From assembly GCA_027923505.1 (NCBI GenBank), contig BROI01000025.1, forward strand, positions 248,001 to 312,000: a stretch of 64,000 nucleotides of DNA. Direction: 5' to 3'. Positions within the stretch are counted from its first letter, which is position 1. Each line of letters opens with the position of its first letter. Shown piece by piece: positions 44,319 to 56,174 of this stretch. A model generated the notes under the pieces. That model saw only the letters and a list, made by a program, of their open reading frames with translations. It did no database searches and was not told where the DNA came from. The stretch is from Mayamaea pseudoterrestris (Eukaryota). A program made the translations under genes and the position numbers.

Positions 44319-44996
44319 CATAATGAGTAATGCTATGAAATTAATGGTAAAGAGATGGAGATGGACATTTTTCTGAGAACAGTAAACAAATTTTGATGCT
44401 TGGGTTCAGCGTTGCTGTAACCTCGATGCTAAGATGCGTGACCGAGCCGAATGGCAACTCCCAGGCGTAAATGTTGTCGCCGAAACGATCCGAAAGGTTG
44501 CTGACTTGGGCCAATCAACGGAAGCAGAACTGTTTTCATTGCTTAATCATTAGCGAATTATGTACGATGAGCATGTCGTCAATATCATAGCCAAGCCAAG
44601 CCCACTACCTTGCATCATGGAGCAAGATTCATTGTCACCGTTGCCTTCGCCACATCCACCATCCCGTCGCTCCTCCATCACTAGCATCGATCCTCCGCAG
44701 ACCGAAGCGACAGTGTAGCCTTGAATTAATCCATACTGACGCAATACAAGACACTCACGTACAGAACGATAGCTAACCGTCATCGCTGGCGCCATCGGAA
44801 ACATTTAGAATCGGTGCGACATTGTTAAATGAGTGAGTCGCCGTTTTGTCGACGCCAGAAAGAACGCTCCGTTGATCTTGCGTGTTCACACTTGGCGTGC
44901 CAACAACAATCGATCTGGCGTAAAAAGTGGCCATATAGACCTTGCTTTTCGCGGCAATTAGCAATACAAGAGTCCCTCTTTTATCATAACAATAGC

Positions 44997-46803
44997 ATGT
45001 TGGTTTCGCGCGCCGCCAATCCGTCTCGACTGATCGCTTCCTCGCGATTGGCATTTGAGGTTTATGGCGGAAGCAGCAGCAGCATCAGTGGAAACAGCTT
45101 GACTCGTTCCAAGTCGACGGCTGCAGTGTTTGACGATCAGCAGCAGCAGCATCCAACCTTGAAGCATGTTCCATCGCTCCCGGTCGTCGGAAGCTTGCTG
45201 GCGCCTTACAGTAAGGTTCCGCATCAATTAGATCCCAGCAAAATGATGCAAGTATATCCAGAACTGACGAAACAATACGGCGACTTTTACTCCATTGGCA
45301 TTCCAAGCATTGGAGAAGGCTCCCATGGAACAGTCCATGTATTGCAAGACCCGCAGGAAATGATGAAGGTGCTGCGATCCGAAGGCAAGTTTCCTTCGTC
45401 GGTTGTCACGGAGCAGTGGCCGGTCCGCAAGTACTTTAGCAGCAAGAGCACGTCGCTAGGTCGGGCCATTGGAATTTTGGAAAAGGGCGAGCCCTGGAAG
45501 CTTGTTCGCAACTTTATGCAAAAGGTAAATTGGAGTTTTTGGAGATGGATTATGAGACTATTTCGCAGTGATTCGCTATTGTGATTTAGCTACCTTGCTC
45601 AGCTTGGAGCCTTTTGAGTTGAACAATGCGCAACGCCTGTATTGCTAACCCAATGTTCTCATTATACAGGATCTATTGTCACCGAGCGCTGCCAAACGAT
45701 ACATTCCAAATATTGCCAAGGCCAGCAAGTACATTAGCCAGGGAATTAAACATCGGGGTGACGACTTGAATTTATATTTGAACGAGGCCTCCATGGACAT
45801 GTTTGCGACGGTTTTGCTTGGCCAATTCATCCACTTGACGGATCCGCAGGTAGAGTCGGATCCAGATCATTTACGGTTTTGCCGTGCGATTGCGCGGGGG
45901 CTGCAGACGAATGGTGAAATCACGCGGTCCATTTACGAAAACATCATGGCCAAAACGTTGAACATCGAAACACCTCTATACAAGCAATTTGCTTCGGATT
46001 GGGATACGGCATATGCCGTTGCATTCAAATGGTTTGAGGATTTACACGAGAAGAAGCGTGTTGGCGGGCTCAACGAGTACGAAGAAGCGAGCTACTGGAA
46101 CCAGGCTCACTTGCGCCGCGTGGAGGAAGGATCAGAGTTGACAGAGGAGGAAGTCGACGGCATTTGCTTCTCCATGCTTTCCGCTAGCGTCGATACGACA
46201 GCTGGCAAGACGGCTTGGCACGTGCTGCACGTTGGACTTCATCCTGAAGTGCAAGATCGAGCGCACGAGGAAGCAAAACGAATCTTGGAGCAAGGCGGTG
46301 GAGCTTTTCTTGAAGATTCGTTTACCAACGACAAGGCTCCCTACTTGAACGCCATTTTGCGCGAGTCGCATCGATTGACGAATCCGTCCAACTTGGTACC
46401 GATTCGAAGCATTGCTAACAATTTGGAGGTTCACGGCATTGACTTTCCGGCCGGCACTGTCTTTGCCTTTGACGCCATTAGCAAAAACACAGACTCATCA
46501 CTAGTTGATAATCCGCAAGCGTTTATTCCGGATCGTTGGTTGCCCGAAGCAGTCGCTGCCCGCAAGGGAACTCGGGCTGAGATTCTCGATCATCCACTAT
46601 TTTCTGGACCGTTTGGGCAAGGGGCTCGTCGGTGTCCCGGATCGCGGGTGGCACGCAACGAGAGTATTGTGCTCTTGGCGCAGCTCATGCTTGACTGGAA
46701 GATTAGTGTGCCTGGGGTCAAGCACTGGTCAGACGTTCGATATGGACAGCAAACTGTCATTGCGCCGTATCTGCCGCATATGGATTTTGAAGCGCGACAG
46801 TAA
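44997..46803 (+). CDS. Cytochrome P450; intron 45525-45669
   Basis: PSLPVVG, W..R, ASVDTT I-helix, ESHR (ExxR), PDRW, FGQGARRCPG heme motif. Confidence 0.93.
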
Positions 46804-47083
46804 CTATACATTAAGGGGAATCATTTACTAAGACTTTGCAAATAGTACTGAGCATTTACGGTAAACTATAGAGGGCGAGCATATCTGGATGAATTATGTC
46901 GCGTGATGTACATTGGGACAGGTAGGATAGCTAGTAGTGCTCTTGAAAGCTTCCACGTGGCACTTGCGCCTGTCGTCGCGCATCGCAGCGCATCTCGTCG
47001 GTTCGCACCCCTTCCATTGTGGCATTGCTTGATTCATCTCTCCTGATCCATCTCTCGTAATTGTATCATATAATCTAACGACC

Positions 47084-48261
47084 ATGACAGATGAAGCCAA
47101 GGATGAAAAGGACATGAGTCCGGACGAACGTATGGAGTGGCTGCGGAATCGGGTCAGTGCTTTGGATAGAAAAACGGATGCATCTTGTGACGGAACGAAT
47201 GAAGGCACAGACAAATGTGTCACGCTTGCATCAATCTAACTCATCTTCTCTTTCTGCATGTATTGATTTACTAGGGCATTGAAATTGTGACGCCGCCGGA
47301 GCGCAAGCTTGGTAGCGTTGCGGCAGCAATGCGAGACGCTGACCAATTGAGCGATTCGTCATTGATTCACTACGTTTACGTTCCATCCGATACATCCAAA
47401 CCAATCGAGGAGCGCAGTTTTTCAACCAGTCTTGCAACTAGTAGTGCAAAGGACCCTCTGCTGGAGCATGTCAAGCCATTATTTGCTACAGGGAGCGATC
47501 GCGTTGATGTCACGCTACTCGAGCAGCAAGGCTCACCTGCCAATCTACTTGCATCATCGTCATCCGGCGCTGCCATGCCTCACGTTTCGCATGAAACCCT
47601 TCAGCAAGTGGCCAAGGAGGGGCACGTTGAAACGTTTACGTTGGTACATCCAACGCCGTCGAATAACATGACCAGCGTCTTGGTCTACCTGGATGAGGTT
47701 GGAATGCTCAAGCGACTTCCACTGAACAAGCGGGCAACGGAATTTGCAACGCGAGCTGGTTACAATCCGCCTCCGCAGTTTTATGGTGATGTAGTGCTAG
47801 GGCGAATGCATTACGTTCGAAACGGTGGCGGAAGAAAGCAGCCAGTAGATTTGAAACTAGCCGACGCTCGATTGGATGCCGAGTGGCTGCTTCACGCCGT
47901 CATGCAGAATATAGAGCATCAGCAGCAGTTCAATGAGGCGACTGGCACCAAGCAGGAGCAGCCAGCTGTCAAGGGAACCGACGGAGCGGCGGCGGTCGAA
48001 CGCGACTATATTTGGACCCAGTCGGAGGAGGAACTGGAAGTTCGCGTGGCGCTCAACGCGGCAGCCTCGCCAATCAGCAAGAAGGACGTACAAATACGTT
48101 TTGCGCCGCAGACGTTGCAAGTGTTCAAGCCCAAGACTGTTCATATTGCGCTGTTTGAACGAGTCGATGTAGACTCGTGTACATGGACGATTGAAAAGAA
48201 TGAAATAGTCATAAGCATGGAGAAGCAAGAGGCTGCCCTATGGCCGCGAATTGTTGATTGA
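47084..48261 (+). CDS. CS (p23/NudC-like) domain protein; intron 47153-47274
   Basis: ERMEWLRNR|GIEI; YLDEVGMLKRLPLN.RA; C-terminal YIWTQSEEELEV...CTWT..MEK..WP CS domain. Confidence 0.8.
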
Positions 48262-48931
48262 GCTGACATGGTGATAGGCGTTGATGTAACAGGAAACTAC
48301 CGCTATTTGTCGTAACTTTATCTTGGCCACTTGCTGACTATGTCGTTTGCGTAGAGTCCTGATCACCTTCCGTCTATAAAGGACAGTAGCATTTTCCATT
48401 CTTGCGCCAGAGCCAGTTGCTGCAGCCATCTCAGGTGCAGCAGGCTCATTGCCGGTAGATGATGCTCCTTCATCCGCCACCACCACTGAGCTGCACCAGC
48501 GCGCTGTCAATTGTCATGGCATTTCTTTCAGCACTTGCCTTGGCACTTGCATCCGCTAGCGCCGACATGCCTGCAGCAGCATTCGCAGTCACTGGGCTAC
48601 TGCTGCACTCACTATAACATTCGACCTTTTCCTCGGCGCCGTTGCACTCAGTTTTCGTGATTTGGCAACGCAAATGAAACGGCTGGCTGACTTCCCTAGA
48701 GCAGCAACGTTGTTTGACAGTGAGTAGTAGCTACTCATTCGGCGACGGGTGCCGATCAGGCTATCGTGTCGCACTGGTGTCACATCTCATTCTTGCTTCT
48801 CACTTCTTCGTCGAACATCCAAAAGGAGCTTCGAAGATCGAAGGCAAACCAGTCAGCCAAGCAATCTGATGATCCGATGGCATAAAACGACCTTCCAGGC
48901 CAACGATACCAAAGCCTATTAAACATACAAC

Positions 48932-49192
48932 ATGCCGTCAACTAGAAGTGGAGCTAACTCAGGAGCAATGGATTCCGTAGAAACAAAGGAGGTCAAAGCC
49001 GACAGCGCTCAGACTGGTGCCAATGAAGCTGCCCAGAAGGCTAGTGGCGACGCTTTTGATAACAACAAAGCTTCCAGTGCAGGCGCAGATGCGGTTGCGA
49101 GAGTCGATGAGCTCGGCGAGAAAGCCAAGGAAATGATTTCAGGAAATAACATGGGAGATATGCAACACAAAGCAGACAACCAATCGTCGTAA
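48932..49192 (+). CDS. Small hydrophilic LEA/hydrophilin-like protein, copy 1
   Basis: A/K/E/D/N/G/S-rich, no Cys or Trp; aligns with 49486-49752. Confidence 0.6.
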   Translation: MPSTRSGANSGAMDSVETKEVKADSAQTGANEAAQKASGDAFDNNKASSAGADAVARVDELGEKAKEMISGNNMGDMQHKADNQSS

Positions 49193-49485
49193 ACTCATCA
49201 GACGGACGATTCTTCCTGGCTCATAATTGAATTTGTAGTGGCGACCATAATTTAAAGCTACTTTTACCACATTACCTCTCCTTATAGCTTCGTTATACTA
49301 GTTTTTATAGCAAGAATACTTGTGCGTAAGGGTGGAGCGAAGAGTGAAGGATCGTGTCGCAGTGCATACTCCGATTCCTTACGAGGATGTTCGAAGACGT
49401 CGCAGATTCAAAACTCGAGAGCTTGCGTTTTCGTTCACCGAGAGGCACCGTTGGCACAACGCAGATCCTTGGGATATCAAATACC

Positions 49486-49752
49486 ATGATTCGAGGATTG
49501 AGACCATTTTTCACCAAGGGAGGGGCGAGAGGCGATCCCCGCGAGAATGAGATCATGGCTGATCGAGTCCAAATAAATGCCAACGAGGTTGGTCAAGAAT
49601 TCAAAAATGTTGTTGACGACAATAAAGCGACGAAAGCGGGCGGAGAGGCAGTTGAGGAAGTCCGCAAGCTTGGAGCCAAAGGAGCTGAGAAAAAGATCAG
49701 CGAGACTAACATGGGCAAGAAGGCCGAAGAGGCAGAGAAGCGGTGGGGTTAG
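49486..49752 (+). CDS. Small hydrophilic LEA/hydrophilin-like protein, copy 2 (start 49486 or 49555)
   Basis: AD..Q..ANE..Q...D.NKA..AG..AV..V..LG.K....IS..NMG shared with copy 1. Confidence 0.6.
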   Translation: MIRGLRPFFTKGGARGDPRENEIMADRVQINANEVGQEFKNVVDDNKATKAGGEAVEEVRKLGAKGAEKKISETNMGKKAEEAEKRWG

Positions 49753-50456
49753 AAAAGGATATTATCGATACAATAAAAAGTAATTCATCATAAACTTGTC
49801 GGGAATGCATCAACATCGTACTACCGTAATACTATTTCAGTATGCTTCATTGGCTTATGCATCCAATCTAGTGCCGGTAATCCAGGCGCTTTTCTACCAA
49901 CCACCACCGCTTAGCATGTGCGAGCACTTAAGACGCCTTTAAATGGGTAGCGGGGTAATCGATGAGCGCTCTGCCTACGGCCAATGCGGCAGCCGTCCAT
50001 CAGCCGGTAAGAGAGTGATTGTTCTTGTACCTCTCCAAGCCCCTCGAATCACCTCCTGCGCACTGTCGATTGTCCCGTCAAAAATAATGCCGGTGCGGGC
50101 AACTGACAGCATTTGTAGGAGACTGGGCAAACACACAATGTGCCTATCTTGGTCCATTTACCGGTAGCTATGCTACTAGCTTTGCACCGTGGACAACTCT
50201 AACAGTACGACTCGCAGCGATCGCTTTCTATGACGGATGATTGAATGGCGCGCCCTTCGCAGCTGTTCCGACGCCCGCGAGTAGGATCATGATCGAAGAT
50301 TCGATTGTTCGCGGTCGATGATGACGAGGGTCGATATCACACCTCATCATCTTCTTCCAAAATGATGCGTTCATTGACTCGACCATAGTATTTTCGATGT
50401 ACAATATCGATAAAGAAACCGAAATCCATCATATTTAAGACTTCTATACATCACAA

Positions 50457-51413
50457 ATGGCTCGCACCATTGACAGTGTCGTCCCCGCAAAGACATCAGG
50501 TCAACTTTCGCGACTGATTGGAACGGTCGACATTGACGGCAATGGCACTCAACATTCCTTAACTCAAGTCGATCCCTTTATCGTCCTGGACAAGGCTGTC
50601 ATTTCCAAAAACAAGTTTCCTCCATTTGGGAGCCATCCTCATTCGGGTCATTCGGTTGTGACACTCCTTTTGAAGGGCAAGCTAGAGTCGTGGGACTCCA
50701 TCAGCAACGAAACTATGATTCTGCAGGGCCCAGCATCATACTTTGTCGACGCGGGGACAGGTCTGTTTCACGATGAAAGAAGTGTTATCGAGGATGAAAA
50801 CGACGATGCGCAACAAGTTCACTTGCTCCAGCTTTGGATGGGTGTCACCCATGACAAACGCCTGCTACCTCCGCGCGTCCAGTACGAAACAAACCTTTCT
50901 GCCGTTCCATTGCATAACGATTCCGATGAAACTGCGATAGGAAGTATCATGTACTACGTTGGTGGTCCGTCAAATTCAATAGAGACGCCGCATTTGATCC
51001 AAGTGTCCGTGGTTCATCAAATTCCAAACACAACCTACCGGCATGACATTGACGCAAACCATGGTGGATTCATTGTCAATCTTAATGATGACAGTGTTAA
51101 AGCACAAGCGTCGTTTGGAGGAATCTCTCCGACCGGTCAAAATGATGTTCTAGTGATGTCGTTATCAGGAACTAAAGAAGCTTCTTCGTCGCCGTCGTAC
51201 TTGGAGATTACAACGTCACCTGAAGCAGCGGCAGACTACTTGATTGCAACCGGCGAGCGAATCCAGGAACCATGGGTCAAGCTCCTCGTCGCCGACGGAG
51301 CCGTCATTGCCGCGACGGAGGGGCAAGCGCGTGCCAAGGCCAAGGAAATGGCGCAAGCATCCGTCAATGGTAAAGGAGTAGCAGGAGGTTCCTATGCGCC
51401 ATTTGGCGTTTAA
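50457..51413 (+). CDS. Pirin family cupin
   Basis: DPFIVLD, FGSHPHSG, AGTGLFHDE (His/His/His/Glu ligands), QLW, GERIQEP. Confidence 0.88.
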   Translation: MARTIDSVVPAKTSGQLSRLIGTVDIDGNGTQHSLTQVDPFIVLDKAVISKNKFPPFGSHPHSGHSVVTLLLKGKLESWDSISNETMILQGPASYFVDAGTGLFHDERSVIEDENDDAQQVHLLQLWMGVTHDKRLLPPRVQYETNLSAVPLHNDSDETAIGSIMYYVGGPSNSIETPHLIQVSVVHQIPNTTYRHDIDANHGGFIVNLNDDSVKAQASFGGISPTGQNDVLVMSLSGTKEASSSPSYLEITTSPEAAADYLIATGERIQEPWVKLLVADGAVIAATEGQARAKAKEMAQASVNGKGVAGGSYAPFGV

Positions 51414-51663
51414 AGTATATAGTAACCTATATTTTTGCGACACTTCTTAAAAGTCTCTTCAGATAGATTGATTGATTGGCACAATTTAGGCCTGCCGCGA
51501 TAATACGATAGATCACACTGTGTCGCACCGCGTTTTGAGTACCGCTACGATTCACAATGCATTCCATTCCGACGACGAAGAGCGACGAGACGACCACCAC
51601 ATGATGTGAGTTTACTTTCATCGCCTTCTACTAAATCCATATAGTTTTGTCTCGTTTTTGACG

Positions 51664-52599
51664 ATGCCGTCCATCATCGTAGTGGCTAAATGTCCGATTC
51701 CAGGTCATTGCAAGACGAGACTGATTCCAATGCTTGGACAAGACGGCGCCGCCAAACTAGCCAAGGCCATGCTCGCCGACGTGCTTGTCACACTTACGAA
51801 TGAGGTAAACACTGGACGATTTGGCATGTAAAATCAACTTCCAAGGAATGCAAAAGACTCTGTTAATCAACATTGCATCTCATGGTCTGCTTTCAAGTTT
51901 TCTTCCGTTAGAAAAGTCTTACTCTTTGCGCCACCGACAGATGACAGCCGAGAAATGATGAGGAAACTACTCGTCGACGAACTCAACATTGCTAGTAACA
52001 CATGGGTGCTACTACCTGTTCTGCGGATCTCTAATGAACGATGTAATGACATTCTCCACGAGGATGCCTCGTCTACCTCCCAGCAACTCACTCCGCTCTT
52101 GACGGATGCTTTGATACGTGTTCGCAGCATCATGGCTGACTGCAACGACAGTGGCTCTGTCGTTTTCCTTGGAATGGACTCGCCACAACTAAACCTGGAG
52201 GAGCTTACCTTGGCTGTCCGTGATCTTGATGATGAGGAAATGACGGCTCGCATATGCCCTTGTCCAGACGGAGGATACGGCATGCTCAGTGTGCCAGCAG
52301 GCGTAGTTGCAAGCGACTGCTTTCGTGGAATCCTATGGTCTCATTCACTGACTGCTCTCGCGCAAATTAAAGCTCTCACTGATGTCAACGTCCACGTCAA
52401 GCTTGGGCGGCTCATGTACGACATTGACGAGCCGCATGACGTTCGTGAGCTGTGTCGGCGCTTGCAAATGTGCAGTGTAAAGGACTCGCATAACAACGAT
52501 TCAAACTGCCTTTTAAAATCATCTCTTCCAAATGAATTAGCGAGAACATCCGATTGTCCAAAGACGCGATCGGCTTTGCGCGAGTTGGGACTAATATAA
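51664..52599 (+). CDS. DUF2064 / TIGR04282-like GT-A fold glycosyl/nucleotidyl-transferase; intron 51805-51897
   Basis: AKCPIPGHCKTRL in exon 1, GMDSP, PCPDGGY, ILWS, YDIDEPHD. Confidence 0.78.
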
Positions 52600-52745
52600 C
52601 ATGATGATTTATAAAAGGCTCGTAGTTTGTAATATATTTGAGCTCTAAAATGCACTCGCCTCTCTAATGCGACAGTAACATACTAAACATTTGATCCACG
52701 GTCGGACAGTCAATAGCGTATGTAGATTCTTCTTGTCGTTGTAGC

Positions 52746-54452
52746 TTATAGCAGCTCAATCATGGCTATCACAAGCGACACGACAGCGGCTAGTTTTCTC
52801 AAAGTGATAGCATTACATGATTGAAAAGCGCCGCTGCTGGCACCATTGTCCATTTCTTGCGCATCATTGCCAGAAGCTGCGTCTGTCGGTTCTTGGAAAG
52901 TGGTGGGAGAGCGCGTTGTCATTGTCGGCGTGTTCGCCGCTGCCGTCGGAACATTGTCCGCATTCGGTTCACTTCGTGGGGCCACTGGTGCATTAGTGGG
53001 CGTCTCCACGCTCGGGCCAGACTTCGTCGGCGCAAAAGTTGTCACGACGAGTGGTTTATTGCGAGGATCAGGGGGAAATCCGGTTGGCTCTTGTACTGAT
53101 GCTGTTGGACTGCTGTCGACCAAAATCGTCGGAACGTTCTCTGTAGCAGTCGAGTATGGTGCTGCAACGGGAACGTTTGATGCCGCCGCAGTATCACCGA
53201 TTGATGCCGAAGGCGGAAGGATCATGTCCGCGAGCGACGGAAAAATGGCATTTCCGCTACACTCGCTTCCAGATGTACCCGCCTCCGTGTTGGTGCAATC
53301 GAAATTGACAATCGCATCGGGCTGGTTGTTTCCATTGCAAGTGCCCAACTCGCAAGTGTTGCAGACGTTACCGTTGACGAGTAGCTGGCACGTTTCCGTC
53401 GTTTCTGGCGTAGTGCCTACTCTCACTTTGCAATATTCAGTTGCTGGATTATCAAGGTAATAGCATTCGCTGGCAGTGAAACCTCCGTCGTTTTGAAACT
53501 CGAGCGTTTGGTTGAAGCAAAATGGTGTCGCGGAAGCGTCGTTGGATGTGAAACACGAGCTGCGCCTCATGACGCAGCTACTGCTCACTTTAGTGGCTCT
53601 GGGCGTTGACGAATCGCAGTCACACGCCAGCGTGTGCTCATCGTAGTAGTCGCACAAATCGATCAAATACGAAATTTTGTCATCGTTGACAATGGGCGAT
53701 ACTTCTGGTAGCAAGACGGCGACAGGCGACGGCTCATCAGTGGACGGACTCGCCTGTGGGGCCAATGTAGACTCGCTATTGATTGAGTTGCTTGCAACGT
53801 TGTTTGACGCAGCGTACGAAAGGTTGACTACAGGGTCGTTGGAACATTTGCTTCCACTCAAACCAAACTCCAAGTTGGTGCAGTCAAAAGATGTGACTTG
53901 CTGCGATGAATCGCCATTGGCACAGCCTCCCATGACGCAGCTGGAGCATGCTTGATCTTGGATCGTAACGTCGCAAGTGTTGCTCATTTGAGTGACTTGG
54001 TTTTCGACAGAAGTCTCATTAGACTGAGTGTTGATGCAGTAGGTCAAAGCAAATGTTGTAGACGGAGTCGTCGCTGACGAATTGCTACCGGTAGTCACGG
54101 AAGCGGTAGTGCAGTGCGTGCTCCAGCTATAGTGACTGGTGGCATTGCTTTTAGTTGCGTCGGACGCCGCATCTTCGCACACTCCATTCGTCAAGCTGCC
54201 ACTGCACGTGCGCGTGCACTCAAAGCGACCCGTTCCATTGACAAAATTTGCACAGTCACAGTCGTATCCCATGCTCAGGTAGCTTTGACATGCGTCAATG
54301 CTACCGTCTTGGAGAGATCTTTGCGTATCGATTGAGAGGTTGCGTATGTCATTGGTTCTGTCGTTGCGAGTTGAGGAAAGCCTTGCTGACTCGGTTAAGA
54401 TTGGCAAAAGCAAGCAAATGCTTTTGGTAGACAACAGTAAGGAGGCTCTCAT
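52746..54452 (-). CDS. Cys-rich GPI-anchored surface protein with two copies of the domain seen in 17481/19086
   Basis: Signal; RSLQ; GYDCDCANF.NGTGRFEC; CDVTIQDQACSSC; SFDCTN; second copy CDC..CQLLVNGNVCNTC..FDCTN; P/T stalk; SSGA followed by hydrophobic tail. Confidence 0.78.
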   Translation of the reverse strand: MRASLLLSTKSICLLLPILTESARLSSTRNDRTNDIRNLSIDTQRSLQDGSIDACQSYLSMGYDCDCANFVNGTGRFECTRTCSGSLTNGVCEDAASDATKSNATSHYSWSTHCTTASVTTGSNSSATTPSTTFALTYCINTQSNETSVENQVTQMSNTCDVTIQDQACSSCVMGGCANGDSSQQVTSFDCTNLEFGLSGSKCSNDPVVNLSYAASNNVASNSINSESTLAPQASPSTDEPSPVAVLLPEVSPIVNDDKISYLIDLCDYYDEHTLACDCDSSTPRATKVSSSCVMRRSSCFTSNDASATPFCFNQTLEFQNDGGFTASECYYLDNPATEYCKVRVGTTPETTETCQLLVNGNVCNTCELGTCNGNNQPDAIVNFDCTNTEAGTSGSECSGNAIFPSLADMILPPSASIGDTAAASNVPVAAPYSTATENVPTILVDSSPTASVQEPTGFPPDPRNKPLVVTTFAPTKSGPSVETPTNAPVAPRSEPNADNVPTAAANTPTMTTRSPTTFQEPTDAASGNDAQEMDNGASSGAFQSCNAITLRKLAAVVSLVIAMIELL

Positions 54453-55087
54453 GGTTCCAAATAAGTAGATTGTTACAAGCACTATTTCTTTCCCTCGTCG
54501 TCTTCGCTCATCGCATTATTGTTTGGAAGTTGTGTGTGTGTTGTGTGGCTCCGTCATGGTCGCGTGCACCGCTGTGTCGGCTGGCGCGACAAAAGGTGAC
54601 GTTTCATCCAAAGGGCTTATGTAAATTTAAAGCAGCCGTTATCAAGACTGTACTTATCCATCCGGCATGACGCATACATAAGGATTGATCTCTAAGTACA
54701 CGTCTATTGCGAGCCAGCCGACATCCAGTGCACCATTCCACACACAATATCGAAATACTACTTGTCCCAACTAAAAGCTAGCACTGCACTTTGCTTTGTC
54801 TCATTGAACCGTATGGAGCTATTCTGGATCTATATAGATGAGCGCTCCCGAGAAGAAAGAGGTAGCGAGCCGTATGTGAGGAACCAAACGAGTCGTGTGC
54901 GTTTGACATTAGGGTATACTTAAGTAAGCATAGCATAAGGCCAGACGATTGATTAACATTTTAACGACTCAACAATAAGGAACATACGAGCGTTTGAGCA
55001 AATTACTTTCTTGCCGAAATTTGGTAGCCTAATACGACGACGATATAAAAGATGACACACTCGCTGCAGCGACTGCAATCGACGACT

Positions 55088-55840
55088 CTAGAAAAGTGCC
55101 TTCCAAAGGCCGTGCAGCCTGGAAGCAACCTGACCACCAACTCTGCCGCTTCTGGCAAGCGACGAGTCAGTTGCTTTCAAGGCCTCGTCGTTTCGTCTCG
55201 AAAAATCGTCAACATAGCTTTGGAGCGCATTCTTTACATTCTTCATCTTGCTCGGTCCACACGGATGCGTCGAGAGGAGCTCATTGGGAGTCTTGTAGAT
55301 CAGTATAGTTGGAAAGGCTTCCACATCCAGTATGTTTCTGCAAAAGTCTTGATTGTTGCGCGCGTTGAAATCAGCAAAGACAACCTGCTTGGACAAGGTC
55401 TTGGCAAGTTTTCGATACTGCGGAAACATGCTTTTGCATGTTTTGCACCACGGTGCGTGAACTCGAATGCAGGCGATTCGGTCGGGAAAATGATACAGAA
55501 ACACTTTGAGCTCGGTTGGATTCGATAAACCGTAGATGCCGTCGCGACCAAGAAGTTTGTCAATGTCTGGAAGTTCCATTTGTGCTGGACGAGTAGTAGG
55601 AGAAGATGATGAGGTTGATGCGGTATCCACTGCCATGGCGGCTTCTGCACCGACAGACACCATTAGTTTATGACGAGACATCTGGGTTGGACGAGAAGAC
55701 ACCAAGCTTGGCAACGTTGGCTCGACGTGCATAGGAACGAATGCATCGCAGGCTGTTGCAAGCAGCACGACGAACGAAAGGGCAACTTTCGGAAGACATC
55801 CTACGGATGTGCGAGCAGCAGGACGATCTCGTTTCTTCAT
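55088..55840 (-). CDS. Thioredoxin-like protein (WCKTC), probably plastid-targeted
   Basis: APWCKTCK, V.AFPT; signal ending ACDAF-VP followed by an S/T/R-rich transit peptide. Confidence 0.82.
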   Translation of the reverse strand: MKKRDRPAARTSVGCLPKVALSFVVLLATACDAFVPMHVEPTLPSLVSSRPTQMSRHKLMVSVGAEAAMAVDTASTSSSSPTTRPAQMELPDIDKLLGRDGIYGLSNPTELKVFLYHFPDRIACIRVHAPWCKTCKSMFPQYRKLAKTLSKQVVFADFNARNNQDFCRNILDVEAFPTILIYKTPNELLSTHPCGPSKMKNVKNALQSYVDDFSRRNDEALKATDSSLARSGRVGGQVASRLHGLWKALF

Positions 55841-56174
55841 TGATTTGATTGTGGGTGCTTGCCTCAATATCATCTAGATCCTTGCTGTCACCGATGATGT
55901 CGGTTTGCATGATGCATGAGCTTCATAATCCACGTCGACGCGCCCCTCGCATTCTTCAACAAACAAGCGCGACAGAATTCATAAACCGATGAGACTTCTC
56001 AGCTACCTCATTACCGTGGCTGCAATGGATAGAATAACAATAACTGCAACATTGACGTACACGTTGTTATGCAACCTATATTTTGGCTTGGCTGAAGTTA
56101 CGGCTATTACTTTAAGGGTCCTACTATAGTGCGGGCGCACACCGATTCCCACTGAGTACGCGTACCTACCAATT

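Noticed and set aside
48238..48783. Overlapping short Ala/Ser-rich ORFs
   Set aside because: No consistent ATG-initiated or spliced model; possibly a gene remnant but unsupported.
43407..52599. Phosphatase, P450, pirin and GT-A genes as a biosynthetic cluster
   Set aside because: All lie on the plus strand, but they are interspersed with unrelated genes, have no scaffold-forming enzyme and differ in predicted targeting.
52846..53460. 204-aa antisense ORF, and many similar shadow ORFs across the window
   Set aside because: They mirror low-complexity or well-supported genes on the opposite strand and have no independent motifs.
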